Assembly: GCA_025459355.1 (NCBI GenBank)
Contig: JALOQS010000019.1
Coordinates: forward strand, 8,463-72,462
Length of the DNA stretch: 64,000 nucleotides
Reading direction: 5' to 3'
DNA from: Pirellula sp.
GTDB lineage: Bacteria; Planctomycetota; Planctomycetia; Pirellulales; Pirellulaceae
Shown: positions 59,139 to 64,000 of the stretch, piece after piece
Position numbering within the stretch: position 1 is the stretch's first letter
How the letters are laid out: every line of letters starts with the position of its first letter
The notes under the pieces: model-generated
The model's database searches: none
The model's input: only the letters and a program-made list of their open reading frames with translations
Told to the model about the DNA's origin: nothing
Position numbers and translations under genes: made by a program

Positions 59139-60176
59139 TTAGGTCCGTTGGTCCGTTGAAAGACGAACGGCAAAACCAGCAGGTAGATGTTTGTTTAGAT
59201 TCTCGATTTCGACCACAACTCGAATGGTCTGCGTAGCGGCATCGATCAAGGGCGCAACAAAAACAACCTTCGCTTCGAGTTGAGGCGTTCCCGGCATTTC
59301 GGCTTGCAGAACGACTAATTCACCGACACGGATTGATGCCACACGGGAGAGCGGCACGTAAAGATCAGCTCTTAGCCTGGTGATATCAGCGATCTTGACT
59401 ATCGGGGCACCACGCGAAACCGTCTCACCGAGATGTGGATAAATTCTGATCACGATTCCTTGGAAGGGAGCACGAATTTCATGAGTATCCAGTTTTGCCT
59501 TTTCGACCTCTAGCCTCGCGACGGCTTCCCGTTGGATTTCAAATCCTTCTTTGAGTGTGGCTTGTGCTTCCGCTATTCGGCTGCGTGCTTCGTCGACTTC
59601 GAGACCTGAAGCAGCCTGCTTGCTCGCCGCTTGTTGAATGCGGTTTAAGTATTGATCGGCCAGCGACACCTTGGCTTTCGCTGCTTCCATCATTGCTTGA
59701 CGGTCTGCGGTTGATTGGGCTGCATGCACCGAAGCTAAGGCAACGCGATTGTCGATCAGTCCCATGACAGTATCGGTATCAACGGAATCCCCTTCGGCAA
59801 CAAATAGCTTCCAAAGAGGCCCATCTGCCGCCGCTGCAATCTCCGCTACGTGAAGAGGATGAGCAATTCCCGGTAGCATTTCGATCGATTGTGAATTGAG
59901 TTCAGTGCCTGATAAAGTAGTCGAACTCTCGCGCGTAGTCGGTGCTATGGCGTTTTCAAACGACCCGTCCCTGTTGGTTCTGTGCATCGAATCGGCCATC
60001 GAATCAGCTTCATAAGGGGCGACATTCGCTGGGACTGACACAAGGGAAACCGGAATGTTTTGCTTTGGATCGCTATCGACGACCACAGGCGTAGATCTTC
60101 GTGTCCAAAGCCCTAACCCAGCGCCTGTGAGCGCAATCAAAACTATGATGAAATTGCCATGGGATAGAATTCTCAA
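59139..60176 (-). CDS. Efflux RND/HlyD-type periplasmic adaptor
   Basis: N-terminal TM, VAEGDSV, coiled hairpin, IRAPFQG..GETV, PLIDAATQTIRV and LPAG; TTG start. Confidence 0.9.
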   Translation of the reverse strand: MRILSHGNFIIVLIALTGAGLGLWTRRSTPVVVDSDPKQNIPVSLVSVPANVAPYEADSMADSMHRTNRDGSFENAIAPTTRESSTTLSGTELNSQSIEMLPGIAHPLHVAEIAAAADGPLWKLFVAEGDSVDTDTVMGLIDNRVALASVHAAQSTADRQAMMEAAKAKVSLADQYLNRIQQAASKQAASGLEVDEARSRIAEAQATLKEGFEIQREAVARLEVEKAKLDTHEIRAPFQGIVIRIYPHLGETVSRGAPIVKIADITRLRADLYVPLSRVASIRVGELVVLQAEMPGTPQLEAKVVFVAPLIDAATQTIRVVVEIENLNKHLPAGFAVRLSTDQRT

Positions 60177-60497
60177 GCTCGACTACCTTTTTTTTGGGGG
60201 GTTAGGAAACGGTTTGCCATGCTTCAGGCCTTAGCCAATAAAGATCGCTGGTACGGTCCTAAGGTCCGTCAAGGGATGTAGCTCACGAGGTTGACTCGGA
60301 GGGGGCGAAAGGCCGTTTCAAAGAATTGAAAATAAGAGGGGCAGGTGAAGTTTAACGATTGTTCGGAAGGTTCGGATTGCTTGGGGGCTAACTCGCTTTC
60401 CTTCAGAACCGAAGATGCCGATTGTAATTGCCGAAGAAGCGTCAGAGACTAATTATTCAACGGTATGGACGTCGTGGCACGCCAGGCGCTTTAGTCA

Positions 60498-62027
60498 ATG
60501 AAAACTCACGACGCTTCAACAATCGAACTCAGACATTTCGTGTCTCGGTCCCGCCGAGAGTTCGGAATCGCGATTGTTTCGCTAGCGTTCGGTGCCTATG
60601 GCTGCAGAGTCGGTCCTGACTTCGTTAACCCCACGCCCCCTTCGCTAGGGCCATCCTTTCAGCAGTCGGCGAATCAAGAAGTGGTCCAACCATTGGACGA
60701 GCAAACCTCGCGATGGTGGACTTACTTTGATGACCCAATTCTTCAGATGCTTATTGCCGATGCGAGTCAACAGAATCTTACCGTTCGTGAAGCTTACTAT
60801 CGCATTGCGGAATCCCGAGCGTTGCTGGGGCGTGCAAAATCCCAGTTCTTTCCACAAGTCAACGCGACGAGTGACAATAGCTATCGGAGGCTTAGCCAGA
60901 ACAATAATGATGTCATCAGCTCAAACAATCAAAACGCGTTTTGGAACTTATCCAATGGATTCGAATCAACTTGGGAAATCGATCTTTGGGGACGTTTAGC
61001 CCGCGGCGTCGAGGCTGCTAACGCTGAGTTATTGGCCCAGCACGAGTCGCTCAATGACATTCGCGTCACATTGTTAGCCGACGTTGCCACGACTTACATT
61101 CAAATTCGGGTTTTGCAGCAACGATGGACGATTGCCGATCAAAATCTAGAACTGCAGAAACAGACCCTGCATATTGTTCAATCACGCCAGGAAGCGGGAA
61201 TTGTCGGTCAGCTCGACCAATCTGAAGCGGAGTCCAATGTGGCTGTTACGACCGCGTCCATTCCACCAATTCAGCAAGAGTTACAGGTGGCTTTGTATCG
61301 ACTATCCGTACTGTTAGGGCAAGTACCAGGAGGCGAAATGGGACTGGAAAACGGGTTTGGCCAGCTGCCGATGACCGTTGTAGAAGCGGTGCAACCTGGA
61401 ATGCCTGCCGAACTACTTACCCGCCGACCCGATATCAGAAAAGCCTACTTCGACGTCATGGCTGCCAATGCACGGATTGGCATAGCTGTCGCCGATCGTC
61501 TGCCTCAACTCACGATTCGAGGAAACATCTCCGTCGACGCTCGCGATGTCAATGTTTTATACAGTTCCGGAAGCCTAGCTCATAATGTTGGTCCCGGCTT
61601 TCGATGGGACATTCTCAACTTTGGCCGCTTGAAACGAAACATAGAGGCCCGTGAAGCGAGCCATCAACAGAGCGTTATCAGATACGAAGCGGCAGTGCTT
61701 CGAGGTGTTCAAGAAGTGGAGTCAGCTCTCGTCGAATACCAACGACAAAAAGAACGCACCTTAGAACTTGAAAAAGTGGTAACGGCTACCAATCGTTCTG
61801 TCGAAATCAGTCTCGCTCGTTATGAACAGAATCTCATTACCTTTGACCGCGTGCTTGATGCTCAGCGAAGCCTAGCGGTCGCACAAGGAAACTTGATCGC
61901 TGCGCGTGGCGATATTCTCTTTGCATTGGTGAAGATCTATCGAGCGCTCGGCGGAGGCTGGGGAGAGGGCGAACCATCTGTTTCGCCATCGGCCGAGGCT
62001 ACGAATTCGCCTGTCGGATCTGATTAA
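60498..62027 (+). CDS. OprM/NodT-type outer membrane efflux lipoprotein
   Basis: Lipobox AYGC-RVGPDF, WWTYFDDP.L, WEIDLWG, P.ELLTRRPDI and YRALGGGW. Confidence 0.93.
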   Translation: MKTHDASTIELRHFVSRSRREFGIAIVSLAFGAYGCRVGPDFVNPTPPSLGPSFQQSANQEVVQPLDEQTSRWWTYFDDPILQMLIADASQQNLTVREAYYRIAESRALLGRAKSQFFPQVNATSDNSYRRLSQNNNDVISSNNQNAFWNLSNGFESTWEIDLWGRLARGVEAANAELLAQHESLNDIRVTLLADVATTYIQIRVLQQRWTIADQNLELQKQTLHIVQSRQEAGIVGQLDQSEAESNVAVTTASIPPIQQELQVALYRLSVLLGQVPGGEMGLENGFGQLPMTVVEAVQPGMPAELLTRRPDIRKAYFDVMAANARIGIAVADRLPQLTIRGNISVDARDVNVLYSSGSLAHNVGPGFRWDILNFGRLKRNIEAREASHQQSVIRYEAAVLRGVQEVESALVEYQRQKERTLELEKVVTATNRSVEISLARYEQNLITFDRVLDAQRSLAVAQGNLIAARGDILFALVKIYRALGGGWGEGEPSVSPSAEATNSPVGSD

Positions 62028-63999
62028 CGAGTCTCGCTGCTCGACGTAACAGTACACTTCCCAGCGTTTCTCGCTCGCTTTGTAACTTCACCATCGACGA
62101 CATGCCCACTTTTAGAGGTCTTTCGAGTTGTTGAATGGACTTCTCGTCGATCTCAATGATGACGTCGAAAAAGTTTTCGCCTGCCATGTTATCTTGAGAC
62201 ACGGCGATATCTCCGCCACCGGTATGGGTGAGAGCGGCCTCTTGGATTTTCTTAGTTCCCTCTATATCGCCGCTAATGATTCGCCCCGACAAGGTGCACT
62301 CGGTGTTACCAACCAGTGTAATGCTAACGGGGTTGTCTCGGACCGATTCAATACTAGACCATTGATCGGCAGTTAACATGACACGCACAATCCATGGACC
62401 CCGACAGATCGATCCCAACGATTCCCCTTGCTTGATGAACTTACCAATCTTGGGCGTTTCGGGAGCCGGTATAAACTCTCCATCGTATTTAGCAGCCAAA
62501 TCAAGCTGACCAATCTGCGACTCAAGATGCTCTAACTGCTTACGCGCATTTTCCAGCTGAATTTGCGTTTGCTCGGATTGTTGACCAGGCAAGTTCAATT
62601 GAGACTGGAGCTGAATCTTGAGTTGGCAGACGAGGGACTGCAATTCACATCGCTGCGTCTCTAGCTCAGCGTTTTCGAGGCGATACAAAACGCGATTCGC
62701 GTCAACCCTTTTTTCTTTATCAATAGACGTACTTACCAGAAATCCACTAACCGAAGCACGCACCGACTGCTCTTCTTGGCGATGAACAATTCCTAATGAT
62801 TGAACGCTGCCTGCGATGGGAATGGCGAATATACCTACCATCAAAGCGACGGTTAATCCTCCAGCCACGCTGACCGCACGAACTCGAACGGCCGCTAACT
62901 CCTCTGAGCAGGCAACATACAGTACCCATTTCTTCAGAGTCCTAAGGACAGGAATACCCGAAACAACGAACGCAATTACCGGTCCAATCACTGGAATCGA
63001 GAGAGTAAGTAAGGTCGCAATACCAATGGCAACCGTCACCTGATAAATCATACATGCCAATCCGAATGAGATCATCCCGATTTGAACAGATCGTTTTTCT
63101 GAGACGCCCTTGGGCTTAACGCCGTACAAAATCCATTTTATGAAGCCGGTAGCGGACGCCTTCGCGTCGCGGTGCAAATTAGGGAAGTTAAGTAGATCGG
63201 AAAGAATAAAGTATCCATCGTAACGCATGAGCGGATTCGCGTTGAAGCCGATCGTAACGACAGTGGATAGTACAATTGCATACTGAGCAGCCGAGTGCAG
63301 TTGACCAGTTTCGGTACATAGCCACACCACGATCGCCACCATCGCCAGCATGGACTCAAAGTACATACCCGCCAACGCGACGATCATTCGATGCCATCGA
63401 TTAGGAAAGCTCCACGAGGACGATGCGTCAACATAAGCGCATGGTGTCCCCATCATGATCATGGCTCCCATCTCGGGAACCGTTCCACCAAATCGCTTGC
63501 AGGCGTATGCATGTCCGAGTTCGTGAAAGGTCTTTAGCCCAACGAGCAAGGTCCAGAGGATGGGCACATTACTCAATGTCAACATCGTGCCTAGCGGATT
63601 AACAAACTCTTTCCAATGAATCAATAAAATTCCGCCGCATGTTGCAACACACGCGAGCCAGATGAATAAGGCCGTTTTAGTAAAGAGAGGAGCAGCCAGA
63701 TGTACCGTGCTTCCAAGCCATTTGTCAGGTTTCGCAAGTGGAACCTTCATGAACATGAACTTGAGAAACTTGCCCTTTTTCTGCGCTTCCATTCGTTGTT
63801 TGTATCGGTTGTAGAGCGCCGAGCCATCGGAAATCGGCAGCGTTAGCAAACCCATCTGATGCAGGTGGACAACGAAACGATAGAAGTCATCGGTCTGTTC
63901 AACCATTATTCGATTCTTCTTGATCAGCTGCGACACGGTTTCTCGCAATGTTCGCGTCTGATCGATCGAAATGAATAGTTGATAGTCCTGTGCTGAGAA
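61999..63999 (-). CDS. Site-2 protease (M50)-HlyD fusion protein, N-terminus truncated by window end
   Basis: HELGH (HExxH), ALAG and FNANPLMRYDGY in the TM region, followed by a biotinyl/coiled-coil HlyD-like domain; the frame is open to 63999. Confidence 0.88.
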   Translation of the reverse strand, partial: FSAQDYQLFISIDQTRTLRETVSQLIKKNRIMVEQTDDFYRFVVHLHQMGLLTLPISDGSALYNRYKQRMEAQKKGKFLKFMFMKVPLAKPDKWLGSTVHLAAPLFTKTALFIWLACVATCGGILLIHWKEFVNPLGTMLTLSNVPILWTLLVGLKTFHELGHAYACKRFGGTVPEMGAMIMMGTPCAYVDASSSWSFPNRWHRMIVALAGMYFESMLAMVAIVVWLCTETGQLHSAAQYAIVLSTVVTIGFNANPLMRYDGYFILSDLLNFPNLHRDAKASATGFIKWILYGVKPKGVSEKRSVQIGMISFGLACMIYQVTVAIGIATLLTLSIPVIGPVIAFVVSGIPVLRTLKKWVLYVACSEELAAVRVRAVSVAGGLTVALMVGIFAIPIAGSVQSLGIVHRQEEQSVRASVSGFLVSTSIDKEKRVDANRVLYRLENAELETQRCELQSLVCQLKIQLQSQLNLPGQQSEQTQIQLENARKQLEHLESQIGQLDLAAKYDGEFIPAPETPKIGKFIKQGESLGSICRGPWIVRVMLTADQWSSIESVRDNPVSITLVGNTECTLSGRIISGDIEGTKKIQEAALTHTGGGDIAVSQDNMAGENFFDVIIEIDEKSIQQLERPLKVGMSSMVKLQSERETLGSVLLRRAARLVNQIRQANS

Positions 64000-64000
64000 G

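Noticed and set aside
60188-60201. T8G6 homopolymer as a phase-variable frameshift extending the HlyD gene
   Set aside because: An in-frame TAG lies between the tract and the TTG start, so slippage cannot fuse the upstream ATG. An effect on the RBS or promoter is not excluded.
60205-60300. c-di-GMP-I riboswitch (GGCAAACC and GGTCCTAAG fragments)
   Set aside because: The fragments are on opposite strands and the GAAA tetraloop/GCAAA junction is missing.

Overview
Gene-dense bacterial window, very likely a planctomycete (Pirellulaceae-like). The evidence is a DUF1552 C-terminus, a Cys-rich YTV-type envelope protein, fhcB/fhcA C1-transfer genes, a PQQ-like propeller, DUF4175/VWA-type genes and a LEPR-xLL giant protein. 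Housekeeping genes include kdsB, icd, ruvB, polA-coaE, scpB, hemA, hppA and cls. There is also a MacAB-TolC-type exporter and a detached fliL-fliN-fliO trio. The best candidate for an uncharacterised system is 50.8-64 kb. It holds a 2744-aa RTX/cadherin/multi-carbohydrate-binding protein with an N-terminal LEPRILMS motif, next to a HlyD adaptor, an OprM/TolC channel and a site-2-protease (M50)-HlyD fusion with a possible RRE/PqqD-like N-terminus, and no ABC ATPase within the window. Other highlights are a candidate ~230-nt structured ncRNA after ruvB, a TPR-PII-fhcB-fhcA operon, a hyper-acidic protein after scpB, a 40-aa membrane sORF, and two frameshifted genes that may be real lesions or assembly errors. 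I saw no rRNA, tRNA, CRISPR array or transposase. All family calls are from motif recognition by eye; no database searches were run.
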